Counted from the stretch's first letter, positions 9,347 through 18,914 are shown. The stretch is DNA of 64,000 nt from Clostridia bacterium (GCA_036652795.1 JAVVVD010000004.1:114603-178602); one strand, 5' to 3'. Numbers and translations: made by a program. Notes: generated from the sequence alone by a model not told the origin.

Positions 9347-11170
9347 ATGTCAAACGATAAACTTAGAAACATTGCGATAATCGCGCACGTCGACCATGGC
9401 AAGACAACGCTGGTAGATCAGCTTCTTCGTCAAAGCGGCGTATTCCGTGCAAACGAGCAGGTAACTGAACGCATAATGGACTCTGGCGACCTGGAACGTG
9501 AGCGCGGTATCACCATACTCTCCAAGAATACGTCAGTCAACTATAAGGACTTCCGCATCAATATTGTAGATACACCGGGCCATGCCGATTTTGGCGGCGA
9601 GGTTGAGCGCATTTTGCAGATGGTGGACGGCGTGCTTCTGCTTGTGGACGCGTTTGAAGGATGTATGCCGCAGACCCGCTTTGTGCTGCGCAAAGCGCTT
9701 GAACTTAAGAAGATTCCTGTAGTTGTGGTTAACAAGGTAGATCGCCCCGGCTCACGTCCGCTTGAAGTTGTTGATGAAACACTTGAGCTATTTATGGAGC
9801 TTGGCGCTTCTGCTGCACAGCTCGACTTCCCCGTGGTGTATGCTTCTGCACGCGACGGCATATCCGGCCCTACGCCGGACGATCTACGTCCCAACATGCA
9901 AACGCTCTTCGACACCATACTTTCAACCGTACCCGCGCCAAGTGGAGATGAAACCGCTCCCCTTCAAATATTGTTTTCAACAATAGATTATGATGATTAT
10001 GTGGGGCGCATAGGTATAGGCCGCATAGAGCGGGGCATGGCACAGCGCAACCAGCTTGTAACGCTGTGCGGCGGACAGCATAATACTCCGCACGATGTTA
10101 AGCTTTCCCGACTGTACCGTTTTGAGGGACTAAGGCGAGTAGAAATCGAAGAGGCCACCGCTGGTGAAATTGTTGCGGTAGCCGGCGTTACCGGGCTTTC
10201 CATAGGTGAAACCGCCTGTGATGTCGAGCATGTCGAGCCACTGCCCTTCGTCCATATAGACGAGCCAACGGTATCCATGATGTTCATCGTGAACGACAGC
10301 CCTTTTTCCGGCAGAGAAGGCAAATTTGTAACATCACGAAATCTGCGCGACAGATTGCTTAAAGAGGTTGAAACAAACGTTTCAATGCGCGTTGAAGAAA
10401 CCGGCTCAACCGATATGTTTAAGGTGAGCGGACGCGGCGAGCTACATCTTTCCATACTCATCGAAACCATGCGCCGTCAGGACTATGAGTTTGCGGTATC
10501 GCGCCCCAAGGTAATAATGAAGACGGATGATTATGGTAAGCTACTCGAGCCTATTGAAGAACTTACGATAGATGTGCCTCAGGAATACGTAGGTGCCGTA
10601 ATGGAAAAGCTTGGCACGCGTAAGGCTGACCTGATCGACATGGTGTCCGATGCCGAGGGAAGTGTGCGCCTGATGTTTCTGATTCCCGCGCGCGGCCTGA
10701 TGGGCTATCGCAACGAGTTACTAACCGACACGCGCGGCAACGGCGTTATGAGCCATATTTTCCACGACTACGAGCCCTATAAGGGCGACATAGTCGAGCG
10801 TACACACGGTTCGCTAGTATGCCATGAAACTGGTGAGAGCTGCGGCTATGGACTATTCAATACACAGGAGCGCGGCAAACTGTTTATCGGTGCCGGCGTA
10901 CCCGTATATGAAGGTCAGGTCGTAGGCGAATGCTCTCGCAATGAGGATATAGTTGTGAATGTGTGCAAGAAAAAGCATATCACAAACGTGCGCGCCTCCG
11001 GCTCGGATGATGCGCTGCGGCTGACAACGCCCGTATCCCTTAGCCTTGAGCAGTGTCTTGAATTTATTGCTGAAGACGAATTGGTAGAGATCACTCCGAA
11101 GAATATACGTATGCGCAAAAAGGTGCTTTCCAAGGATCAACGCATGAAAAAGGCCTCACGCGATGCCTGA
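9347..11170 (+). CDS. typA: Translational GTPase TypA/BipA
   Basis: I place the start at [24 protein letters not shown] after an AAGAGG RBS. G-domain motifs ([19 protein letters not shown]) and EF-G-like C-terminal domains are present. Confidence 0.95.
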   Translation: MSNDKLRNIAIIAHVDHGKTTLVDQLLRQSGVFRANEQVTERIMDSGDLERERGITILSKNTSVNYKDFRINIVDTPGHADFGGEVERILQMVDGVLLLVDAFEGCMPQTRFVLRKALELKKIPVVVVNKVDRPGSRPLEVVDETLELFMELGASAAQLDFPVVYASARDGISGPTPDDLRPNMQTLFDTILSTVPAPSGDETAPLQILFSTIDYDDYVGRIGIGRIERGMAQRNQLVTLCGGQHNTPHDVKLSRLYRFEGLRRVEIEEATAGEIVAVAGVTGLSIGETACDVEHVEPLPFVHIDEPTVSMMFIVNDSPFSGREGKFVTSRNLRDRLLKEVETNVSMRVEETGSTDMFKVSGRGELHLSILIETMRRQDYEFAVSRPKVIMKTDDYGKLLEPIEELTIDVPQEYVGAVMEKLGTRKADLIDMVSDAEGSVRLMFLIPARGLMGYRNELLTDTRGNGVMSHIFHDYEPYKGDIVERTHGSLVCHETGESCGYGLFNTQERGKLFIGAGVPVYEGQVVGECSRNEDIVVNVCKKKHITNVRASGSDDALRLTTPVSLSLEQCLEFIAEDELVEITPKNIRMRKKVLSKDQRMKKASRDA

Positions 11171-12302
11171 TTGCTGTGATGTTTCAGTAGTCAGTTGCCA
11201 CGATTATACGCCGTCGCAATGCAAGGCGGCGTTAATTGACGTGCTTAATCCATTTGGCGGATTGGACTGGGTCACACCCGGTATGCGCATAGCCATCAAG
11301 GCCAATCTTGTTGTAAGCAAAGGGCCGGACGCCGCCGCCACAACGCACCCAACCCTCGTGGCGGAGCTTTGCCGTATGCTTACAGAGCGCGGTGCGCTTG
11401 TTGTTGTAGGCGACAGCCCCGGCGGCGCATATGCATTGCCGTTTTTATCCATCATCTATGCGGCCACCGGCATGGCAGAAGCTGAGCGCGCCGGCGCATC
11501 GCTTAACCGCGATTTTTCACAGACCTCTGTAGAGCTTCCAGATGCAAGGATAGCCAAGCAGGCGCAATTTACATCGTATCTGCTTAAAGCGGATGCGATA
11601 ATTGATTTTTGTAAGATCAAAACGCATGGCATGATGGCGCTTTCCGGCGCAACAAAAAATATGTTTGGCGCTGTACCTGGCTTTTTGAAGCCCGAATACC
11701 ATATGCAATATCCCAACCACGCCGACTTCGCTGATGCCCTGGTGGACATTGTGCACTACCTTGCCCCACGCTTGTGCATAGCCGACGCGGTAGTAGGTAT
11801 GGAGGGCAACGGCCCTACGGCAGGAAAGCCACGCCATATAGGCGCTTTGCTTGCCTCACACAGCCCACATGCGCTTGACCTTGCCGCTGCGCATATGCTC
11901 GGCCTTGAGCTTGAAGATGTGCCTACGCTTATTGCAGCGTACCGCCGCGGACTGATACCTGACTCATACGAAAAATTAAACATCGCAGGCGAACTTGCCA
12001 AATTTATTATACCTGACTTCGAGCTGATTGAGATGAAGGATGTTACCCATTTTTCTGACAGCGGAACGCTGCGCGATATAATCGGCCGCATATTCAATCA
12101 CCAGCCAAGGGTCGATAAGTTAATTTGCGTCGGTTGCGGTGAATGCGCACAAATCTGCCCTGCAAAGGCAATTACGATTAGCAACAGCTTGCCAAATATT
12201 GACCGCGATAAATGCATACGCTGCTTTTGCTGTCAGGAGTTTTGCCGCTTTGGCGCTATGAAGGTGTATAGGCCTGTTGCCGCACGGTTACTCAATAAGT
12301 AG
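11163..12302 (+). CDS. DUF362 domain protein with C-terminal 2x[4Fe-4S] ferredoxin-type motifs
   Basis: Contains IAIKANLV, GDSPGG and MEGNGP. The C-terminus carries CVGCGECAQICP and CIRCFCCQEFC. The start overlaps the typA stop by 8 nt. Confidence 0.8.
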   Translation: MPDCCDVSVVSCHDYTPSQCKAALIDVLNPFGGLDWVTPGMRIAIKANLVVSKGPDAAATTHPTLVAELCRMLTERGALVVVGDSPGGAYALPFLSIIYAATGMAEAERAGASLNRDFSQTSVELPDARIAKQAQFTSYLLKADAIIDFCKIKTHGMMALSGATKNMFGAVPGFLKPEYHMQYPNHADFADALVDIVHYLAPRLCIADAVVGMEGNGPTAGKPRHIGALLASHSPHALDLAAAHMLGLELEDVPTLIAAYRRGLIPDSYEKLNIAGELAKFIIPDFELIEMKDVTHFSDSGTLRDIIGRIFNHQPRVDKLICVGCGECAQICPAKAITISNSLPNIDRDKCIRCFCCQEFCRFGAMKVYRPVAARLLNK

Positions 12303-12311
12303 ATCAATCTC

Positions 12312-12337
12312 AAAAGGACGCAAAATGCGTCCTTTTT
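12312..12337 (+). terminator. Rho-independent terminator after the DUF362 gene
   Basis: AAAAGGACGCAaaaTGCGTCCTTTTT. Confidence 0.7.
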
Positions 12338-12561
12338 AATTTGCTGCAATTTTACTCGCTCTGTTTTGCAAAGCAGACTTTGCGCCTATCATTTTACAAA
12401 TATAGCACTAAAGTCAATGCCTTGTTCCATGGCTTAGAAGCGCTGCATCCGTTAGGCGAATACGTATGATAACGGTATTTATATCACTTTCGTCCATAGC
12501 CATTCACCTTTTTTTATATGAAATTCATTTATCTTATATCCCAGACAACAACGATTTAATA

Positions 12562-13407
12562 TCATTCCACCTTATAGCATTTTCCAGACTTGGGATACAT
12601 TCCCGTCATTATGTATTCCACCAGCCGCGCCGGCAACAATCGCTTAAGGAATACAAAAAACCTATACTGCGCACCCACCACCCTGCGAACAGGCGGATTT
12701 TTGCTTTTTATCAGCTTGAGCATCACCGCCACCACAGTCTCCGGCCCCTTGCCGCCCTGCTCATCATGCTCCATCTGGGCGATAGAGTTGTGAAACTCGC
12801 TGCCATATTGGGTATTTTTTACACCGGAAGCGTATATGCGCGCCGCAGTAAAGCCCGTTTTTACATCGCCCGGTTCCACCAATGCGGCTTTTATATTCCA
12901 CGCTTTAAGCTCTATGCGCAAGCCCTCAGTCAGCGCCTCCAGCGCATATTTTGACGAGCTGTAAAGCGTTTGGAACGGAACGGAGTATATTCCGCCTACT
13001 GAGCCAACGTTTATGATAAGCCCGTTCCTGCGCTGCCGCATTGCAGGCAACGCCGCGCCTATTACGCGCACCACGCCCGCATAGTTCACATCCATCTGCG
13101 AAAGCGCATCCGCACCTGAACAATCCTCCAACGCACCCGCTATCCCATTGCCAGCACAGTTTATCAGGATATCTATTCGCCCCTCGGCGCTTATTACCGA
13201 TTCTACGGCGGCATGTACCGAAGCATCGCTTGTCACATCCAGCGTCAACATCTTCACAAACCCCTCGCCGTGTTGCGTGGGCTCACCGCCTCTGCGCGAA
13301 GCGCCATATACATGCAAGCCAAGCTTTGCCAGCGTTTCCGCAGTGCATTTGCCTATACCGGAGCTTGCGCCTGTTACAAGCGCAACATTGCCATATGGAT
13401 TTTGCAT
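12562..13407 (-). CDS. SDR-family short-chain oxidoreductase
   Basis: Cofactor motif VALVTGASSGIGK, NNAG-like block CAGNGIAG, and active-site YSSSKYALE. Confidence 0.85.
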   Translation of the reverse strand: MQNPYGNVALVTGASSGIGKCTAETLAKLGLHVYGASRRGGEPTQHGEGFVKMLTLDVTSDASVHAAVESVISAEGRIDILINCAGNGIAGALEDCSGADALSQMDVNYAGVVRVIGAALPAMRQRRNGLIINVGSVGGIYSVPFQTLYSSSKYALEALTEGLRIELKAWNIKAALVEPGDVKTGFTAARIYASGVKNTQYGSEFHNSIAQMEHDEQGGKGPETVVAVMLKLIKSKNPPVRRVVGAQYRFFVFLKRLLPARLVEYIMTGMYPKSGKCYKVE

Positions 13408-13503
13408 ATATTTTCCTCCGTAATTACTGTATTATGCTATATATTATATCACAGAACAAAAGCATGGGGCCTCTTCATACGAAAAGGCCCGCTAAATAAT
13501 AAG

Positions 13504-13731
13504 TTATGTAACCTTTATGAATCCGCTGTCCTCACGGCTGTATATCGCATCAATATCCGCATCCATCAGCTCCGCAAGCGGCGCGTCCGCAGAATACCTC
13601 ATACAGGTGCCGCAGCTTGAGCTGATTGCACGCGGCACAGGCGCAAGCACGGCACTATATCCCGCCCTGTCCAGTGTGCGGGCGCTTTTAAGCGCCGCAA
13701 GATGTGTATGAAAGGTTGCCGTATAATCCAT
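13504..13731 (-). CDS. DUF3343-family small protein (putative Se/S carrier-like)
   Basis: 75 aa. The start overlaps the stop of the upstream TusA-like gene by 1 nt (TAATG). Call is based on size, the SSSCGTC motif and the usual context beside yedE/yedF. Confidence 0.65.
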   Translation of the reverse strand: MDYTATFHTHLAALKSARTLDRAGYSAVLAPVPRAISSSCGTCMRYSADAPLAELMDADIDAIYSREDSGFIKVT

Positions 13732-13937
13732 TATTTCCCCTTTGAAAGCCTAATGTAAAAGTCATTCCCCTGCTCTTTCACTTCAACCACATAGCCGCCT
13801 GATATGCCGAATCTCGTTACGTTCTCTTTGGCGGCAAAGTTATCCACAATCATCTCTACGCCGTTTGGCGAATCTTTTATTGCCTTTTTCGCCATCAGCA
13901 CAGGCGTAGGGCAGGAATATCCCCTTGCGTCTATCAT
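13731..13937 (-). CDS. yedF: TusA/SirA-like sulfur(selenium)transferase, YedF-like
   Basis: I place the start at the internal ATG (MIDARGYSCPTPVLMAKKAIK), which has an AGAGGT RBS 7 nt upstream. The CPxP active-site motif is present. Confidence 0.75.
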   Translation of the reverse strand: MIDARGYSCPTPVLMAKKAIKDSPNGVEMIVDNFAAKENVTRFGISGGYVVEVKEQGNDFYIRLSKGK

Positions 13938-13966
13938 TATTGTTACCTCTTTTGTTACAGTATATT

Positions 13967-15019
13967 TTAACCCTTTATACGCTCCCTGTTCAATAGCGAT
14001 ATTATCCCCAACACCACAAGGCACGTACCAACCGCCGCAGGCCCGTTTACGGAAACCCCCGCACCCACTGAAGCAATATCGAAATTGTGGCTTACCGCTG
14101 CGCCCATTATCATACCCGCCACGGTAACCGCGCTGTCTGAATTGCCCTCACCGGCAAGTATAAGCTGACGCAACGGGCAGCCGCCCAACATAACGCTGCC
14201 CCAGCCCACCACCGTCATACCCAAAAAGTTCCACACTCCGTCGGTATGCGCTATCGGCTGATCTGTAAAGCCCAATTTGAAATTACCCAGTATAAGGTTG
14301 CCAATAAGCACGGTTACGATTATCACGCCAAAGCCTATAATCAGTTTGAAATCCTTGAACATCACCGCATCTCTCACACCGCCAACCATGCATAGCCTTG
14401 AGCGTTGTGCAAGCGCACCAACCATTAGCCCCGCGACAAGCGCTGCCAGTATAGGCGCAGACATCGAGCCGGGGCGTTCGGCGCTGTGCGCAAACAGCTG
14501 CGGCCATATTAGCGAGACAACCATCAGTGCAACCATTAGCACAGGTGCCAGCAGCCCCTCCAGCTTTGACTGCGCATAGGCGCGGCGCAGCGTAAAGCCC
14601 TTGTTAAGCACTAATACACCCACTAGTATTCCGGCAACAAAGCCCACAAGTCCCACCACCGCATTCAGATCTCCGCCTCCGATGCGTATTGCCATGCGCA
14701 GCGGGCAGCCAAGGAACACCAGCGCGCCTACCATCACCACCATACCCAGCAAAAAACGCGTCATCGGCGATGAGCCGCCGCTTGGCCGCCATTCCTTTTT
14801 TATAACCGCCATTGCGAACGCGCCCAGCACCAAGCCAACTATCTCCGGCCGCACGTACTGTACGGCAGCTGCCGAGTGCAGCTTGCATGCGCCTGCGATA
14901 TCGCGCAGGAAGCAGGCAATGCAAAAGCCCATGTTTGGCGGATTACCCAGCGCGCTGAGCGCAACAGCACATGCGCCTACCACTACGCCGGTAACGATGA
15001 TCATCCAATATTTTTTCAT
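13967..15019 (-). CDS. yedE: YedE/FdhT-family putative selenium-metabolism membrane transporter
   Basis: Polytopic protein with motifs GNPPNMGFCIACFLRDIAG and GGCPLRQLILAGEG. The start at MKKYWMII has a GGGAGGG RBS. Confidence 0.85.
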   Translation of the reverse strand: MKKYWMIIVTGVVVGACAVALSALGNPPNMGFCIACFLRDIAGACKLHSAAAVQYVRPEIVGLVLGAFAMAVIKKEWRPSGGSSPMTRFLLGMVVMVGALVFLGCPLRMAIRIGGGDLNAVVGLVGFVAGILVGVLVLNKGFTLRRAYAQSKLEGLLAPVLMVALMVVSLIWPQLFAHSAERPGSMSAPILAALVAGLMVGALAQRSRLCMVGGVRDAVMFKDFKLIIGFGVIIVTVLIGNLILGNFKLGFTDQPIAHTDGVWNFLGMTVVGWGSVMLGGCPLRQLILAGEGNSDSAVTVAGMIMGAAVSHNFDIASVGAGVSVNGPAAVGTCLVVLGIISLLNRERIKG

Positions 15020-15107
15020 TTTTCCCTCCCCGGATTTTTTCTTGCATTCCAAGATCTATATGATAAACTATTTTTACAGCATTATATTTATATGAGGTAT
15101 ACGCTAT

Positions 15108-16253
15108 ATGCAAGGAATCTATCTTGACAACGCCGCCACATCCTATCCTAAGGCACCTGGCGTAAGCGATGCTATTGCGGATTATATATGCAATGTAGGC
15201 GCAAACATCAATCGTTCCACCTACTCAAGCGCCACCGCGGCCGCGATGCGCACGCTGGAAGTCCGTGAGGCCGCATGTGCCTTGTTTGGCTTTAGTCATG
15301 TTGAGCACGTTATACTCACCCCTGGCATGACTTATTCGCTCAATCAGGTCATAAAGGGACTTCTTCGCCCTGGCGACCATGTAATAGTAGGCCCGCTGGA
15401 GCACAACGCAGTGATGCGTCCGCTTATGCAGCTTAGCGATATTGGCGTTACATTTTCGCGTATGCGCTCGGATGCTAACGGCTGCATAGATCCCGCTTCC
15501 GCAGAGGAGCTGATAACCGCTTCCACGCGCATGATGCTGGTTTCGCACGCATCTAACGTATGCGGCACCCTTGCTCCGCTTGAGCGGCTTTCCGCCCTGT
15601 GCAGCAAGCACTCCATACCATTGGTGCTGGACGCCGCGCAGACTGCGGGGCATTACCCCATAGATTTTGAAGCTCTAGGCCTATCCGCATTATGCGCACC
15701 GGGTCATAAGGGTTTACTCGGCCCACAGGGAATCGGTCTTCTGCTGTTAAATCCGGATTTTGCTCAGCGGCTTGTTCCGCTTGTTGCCGGCGGCACTGGC
15801 AGCGCATCCGATAGTGAAACATTGCCGGCCTATATGCCGGATCGCTTTGAATCCGGAACGCCCAACCTGCCCGGCATTTACGGGCTGTACGCCGCGCTTG
15901 ACTATATAAGATCGCGCACTGTGAGCGCGCTTAGTGAGCATGAGGCTGAATTGACAGAGCGCCTGCTCAGTGGCCTTTCCTCGCTGCCTGTGCGCATTGT
16001 AGGCACAACTGATATGCATAAGCGCGTTGGCGTAGTAAGCGTGGATTTCCCTACGTTGGATAACGCCGAAGCGGCATTCCGCCTTGAGCGTGAGCATTCC
16101 GTGCTTACCCGCTGCGGGCTGCATTGCTCCCCTGCCGCACACAGGGCGCTTAACACATTTCCGCATGGCACGCTGCGCTTTAGCTTAGGCTATTCAAACA
16201 CTGCCAGGGATGTGGATATTGCGCTGTCGGCCATTAGCGATATTCTATCATAA
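15108..16253 (+). CDS. Class V aminotransferase-fold cysteine desulfurase / selenocysteine lyase-like protein (EF2568-type)
   Basis: The PLP lysine lies in CAPGHKGLLGPQGIG and the active-site Cys in RCGLHCSPAAH. It is divergent from yedE and convergent with selD. Confidence 0.85.
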   Translation: MQGIYLDNAATSYPKAPGVSDAIADYICNVGANINRSTYSSATAAAMRTLEVREAACALFGFSHVEHVILTPGMTYSLNQVIKGLLRPGDHVIVGPLEHNAVMRPLMQLSDIGVTFSRMRSDANGCIDPASAEELITASTRMMLVSHASNVCGTLAPLERLSALCSKHSIPLVLDAAQTAGHYPIDFEALGLSALCAPGHKGLLGPQGIGLLLLNPDFAQRLVPLVAGGTGSASDSETLPAYMPDRFESGTPNLPGIYGLYAALDYIRSRTVSALSEHEAELTERLLSGLSSLPVRIVGTTDMHKRVGVVSVDFPTLDNAEAAFRLEREHSVLTRCGLHCSPAAHRALNTFPHGTLRFSLGYSNTARDVDIALSAISDILS

Positions 16254-16319
16254 GGATAACGCATTGGCAACGCCTTTTGAATATAGCAGACTATATTATA
16301 AGTGTATATATTGGCTGTA

Positions 16320-17360
16320 TTATCTGATCTGTAGTCTTATCCGCATCCCGTTTGCCTGAATAACCCTGCCTATGCATTGCGCGCTTGGCACAGCAGTGGA
16401 AAGCTCGTGCAGCAGCGCCGCCGCGTCCCGCTCAGCCACAGCTATCAGCAGACCGCCGGATGTTTGCGGATCATACAATGCATCCTGTATGCACAGCTCC
16501 ACCTCTGCTGCGTCCACATGCGCCTGCGCAAAGCTGCGGTTGCGGTACATACCATCTGGAAGCAGCCCCATGCGAGCAAACTCCAGCGCCTCAGGTATTA
16601 TATCTATCCGCTTTATATCCAGCTCTATTGTCACATCAGCGCCTTGCGCCATCTCCAGCGCATGTCCCAGCAGGCCAAAGCCCGTCACATCTGTGCAGGC
16701 GTGCACATCATATTTGACCATTGCATCACGCGCGCCCTTATTAAGTGTTGTCATAAGTCGATATATCAGTTTTTCGCCCTCAGCGGAAAGCATGTCGGCT
16801 TTAAGTGCAGTATTGAGTATGCCTATGCCGAGCGGCTTTGTCAGCAGCAGCATATCCCCTGGTCGTGCCCCGCTGTTTGTGAGCACCTTATCCGGATGTA
16901 CAAAGCCTGTCACGCTAAGGCCGTACTTCGGCTCATCGTCAAATATGCTATGGCCGCCTGTTATTATGGCACCTGCCTCGTATACCTTGTCATACCCGCC
17001 TTTGAGTATCAGGTGCACAGTTTCAGTTGGCATGTCCTTAGGCACACACATTATGTTGAGTGCCAGCTTTGGCTGCCCTCCCATGGCATATATATCTGAA
17101 AGTGCGTTGGTGGCGGCAATCTGACCGAAGATATATGGGTCATCCGCTATCGGCGGAAAAAAGTCCAACGTTTGTACCAGCGCAAGTTCATCGCTTAGCT
17201 TATACACTGCCGCATCGTCGCTCTTATCGTAGCCAACTATCAAATTATCATCATGGTGTATTTTAAGATCCGTAAGCAGCTTTGCAAGCTCACCTGCGCC
17301 TACCTTTGCACCGCAGCCCGCACACTTTGCCAATTTTGTAAGCTTTATATCATTGTTCAT
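16320..17360 (-). CDS. selD: Selenide, water dikinase (selenophosphate synthetase), Cys-type
   Basis: MNNDIKLTKLAKCAGCGAKVGAG aligns with E. coli GAGCGCK, so the Cys17 and Lys20 equivalents are present. DDAAVY and DVTGFGLLGH are also present. The start has a GAGGT RBS. The in-frame upstream extension to 17477 is not used. Confidence 0.9.
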   Translation of the reverse strand: MNNDIKLTKLAKCAGCGAKVGAGELAKLLTDLKIHHDDNLIVGYDKSDDAAVYKLSDELALVQTLDFFPPIADDPYIFGQIAATNALSDIYAMGGQPKLALNIMCVPKDMPTETVHLILKGGYDKVYEAGAIITGGHSIFDDEPKYGLSVTGFVHPDKVLTNSGARPGDMLLLTKPLGIGILNTALKADMLSAEGEKLIYRLMTTLNKGARDAMVKYDVHACTDVTGFGLLGHALEMAQGADVTIELDIKRIDIIPEALEFARMGLLPDGMYRNRSFAQAHVDAAEVELCIQDALYDPQTSGGLLIAVAERDAAALLHELSTAVPSAQCIGRVIQANGMRIRLQIR

Positions 17361-18150
17361 TATTCGATACCTCATAGAAATGCAGCAGCGCTTCCAGCAC
17401 CGCCCCGCCCAGCGAGCGCGCCTTATCCGATACCGAGAAGCACGCCGCCACATTGCCACGCGGATCCACGTCCGCACATTTCATCCCCTTATGCACACTT
17501 ATTCCATCCGGCAGTATGCCGCGTAGCACCCCGTCTATTTCTGCTTCAACAGGCATACCGTTCACATATGCCACCGCATCCCCCGCTTTTACGAGCGCGC
17601 CTATATCCATCAGCTGCTTAAACACGCCGCATGAGGGCGCGTGCATTACCCGCTGTGCGCTAAAGCCGCCTATCTCGCCCGGCACACCCGTATTTGGCGC
17701 GGGGCTGCCTGCATACAATACACGGCCAAGATCATGCCCACGCATGGTTTCTATTGCCGCATGGCAATCCGCACCCGCTGTAAACCCCGGCCCAAGGCCG
17801 ATAACGATTGGCGCATCCGTTATGGATGTGCCTGTATTATATTTTGCAAGTATTGCATCCACAACCGCATCTGGTCTAAGTTGCTGTATGCACAGCGCTT
17901 TTTCGTCCACAAGCACGGGGATATTCCCGTCCGCGATTATTGCAAGCGCTTCATTAGCATCCTTTGCCAGTATACCAGTGACATCCTCCACCATCGCCAA
18001 TCCGTCATAGATTGCCCGGGAAATACTCACGCTGCGCCGTATTGCCGTGGGCTGAGCGATATCCGTAAGCACCAGCTTTATGCCAGCGCGGTGCACTCGC
18101 AGCGCTATACCCGTAGCCAAATCACCCGCGCCCCTTATCAAAACAAGCAT
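17350..18150 (-). CDS. yqeB: Selenium-dependent molybdenum cofactor/hydroxylase accessory protein YqeB (EF2563 family)
   Basis: MLVLIRGAGDLATGIALRVHRAGIKLVLTD (Rossmann-like N-terminus). The start at the ATG preceded by GGAGGG overlaps the yqeC end, and the stop overlaps the selD start. Confidence 0.8.
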   Translation of the reverse strand: MLVLIRGAGDLATGIALRVHRAGIKLVLTDIAQPTAIRRSVSISRAIYDGLAMVEDVTGILAKDANEALAIIADGNIPVLVDEKALCIQQLRPDAVVDAILAKYNTGTSITDAPIVIGLGPGFTAGADCHAAIETMRGHDLGRVLYAGSPAPNTGVPGEIGGFSAQRVMHAPSCGVFKQLMDIGALVKAGDAVAYVNGMPVEAEIDGVLRGILPDGISVHKGMKCADVDPRGNVAACFSVSDKARSLGGAVLEALLHFYEVSNNEQ

Positions 18151-18869
18151 CTGCCATCCCTCCATATCTCAAGCACTTTTTCCGCGCTTTGCAGCGAAAG
18201 TATCACAGCATCCGCAAGATATGCCGCCATGTCCCGCCCTGTTTTCAGCCGTTCACCCTCCGCCTTATTCAGCCCCACCGTGCAATTGTAGCCTATCATG
18301 CGGGCCGCATCCTGCGCCGTTATTATATGTCCCTGTGCTACCCCAAGCCCCGCCGCATACAGCTCCGGCCTGTGCGCCGCCTCGCTGACCGGCTTGCCTA
18401 TCCCATCCAGACCCACCATGTATATCAGCTTATCCACATGCGCCGGCAAGCACGGTTCGTGCGGCCCATGCGCCTTAAGCGGCAACCCCTTTGAGCCATC
18501 CGCTTCCACTATCACGTAATCGGCCAGTCGCCCTAGTGTTTCGATCGCCAACTTTGGAGGATCCAGCTTATCAGGCAGTATGTTCTCCGCTACGCACACC
18601 AGCGATGTTTTATTCAGCGCATCCGTTACCTGCGCCGTATCCGCATTTTTTAGCACCATCATATCCGGCGGCCATATATGCGTTGTTGTTGTAACTATTA
18701 CGCTGCCCATTTGCGAAAGCTCCGCCGCCAGTTCAAGCATCAATGTGGTTTTACCGCCACCGCCTATTATAGCGGTAACGCCGCGCGGTACGCGCAATGC
18801 GCTCCATAGTGACGTTGGCCGCGTTATATTCGCTTTTATATCGTTTTTTACAGGCTGTTGCATTGCCAC
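18138..18869 (-). CDS. yqeC: Selenium cofactor biosynthesis accessory protein YqeC (P-loop)
   Basis: P-loop AIIGGGGKTTLMLELA, about 240 aa, first gene of the yqeC-yqeB-selD run. Confidence 0.8.
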   Translation of the reverse strand: MAMQQPVKNDIKANITRPTSLWSALRVPRGVTAIIGGGGKTTLMLELAAELSQMGSVIVTTTTHIWPPDMMVLKNADTAQVTDALNKTSLVCVAENILPDKLDPPKLAIETLGRLADYVIVEADGSKGLPLKAHGPHEPCLPAHVDKLIYMVGLDGIGKPVSEAAHRPELYAAGLGVAQGHIITAQDAARMIGYNCTVGLNKAEGERLKTGRDMAAYLADAVILSLQSAEKVLEIWRDGRCLF

Positions 18870-18914
18870 TCCAATTCGTTATTCTCGCGTTAGAATATCA
18901 CCGCATACGATGCG

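Noticed and set aside
12340-12561. A 260-bp convergent intergenic region holding an 18-bp imperfect palindrome TCTGTTTTGCAAAGCAGA (12360-12377) and a 29-codon minus-strand ORF (12414-12503, MAMDESDINTVIIRIRLTDAALLSHGTRH) preceded by AGGTGA.
   Set aside because: The ORF is too short and featureless to support a call without expression or conservation data. The palindrome lies downstream of both flanking genes and has no obvious target promoter.
17361-17477. In-frame N-terminal extension of the selD ORF (MRTWIRVAMWRRASRYRIRR...).
   Set aside because: The extension is Arg/Trp-rich nonsense that overlaps the yqeB C-terminus. The internal ATG at 17360 has a GAGGT RBS and aligns with the canonical SelD N-terminus.
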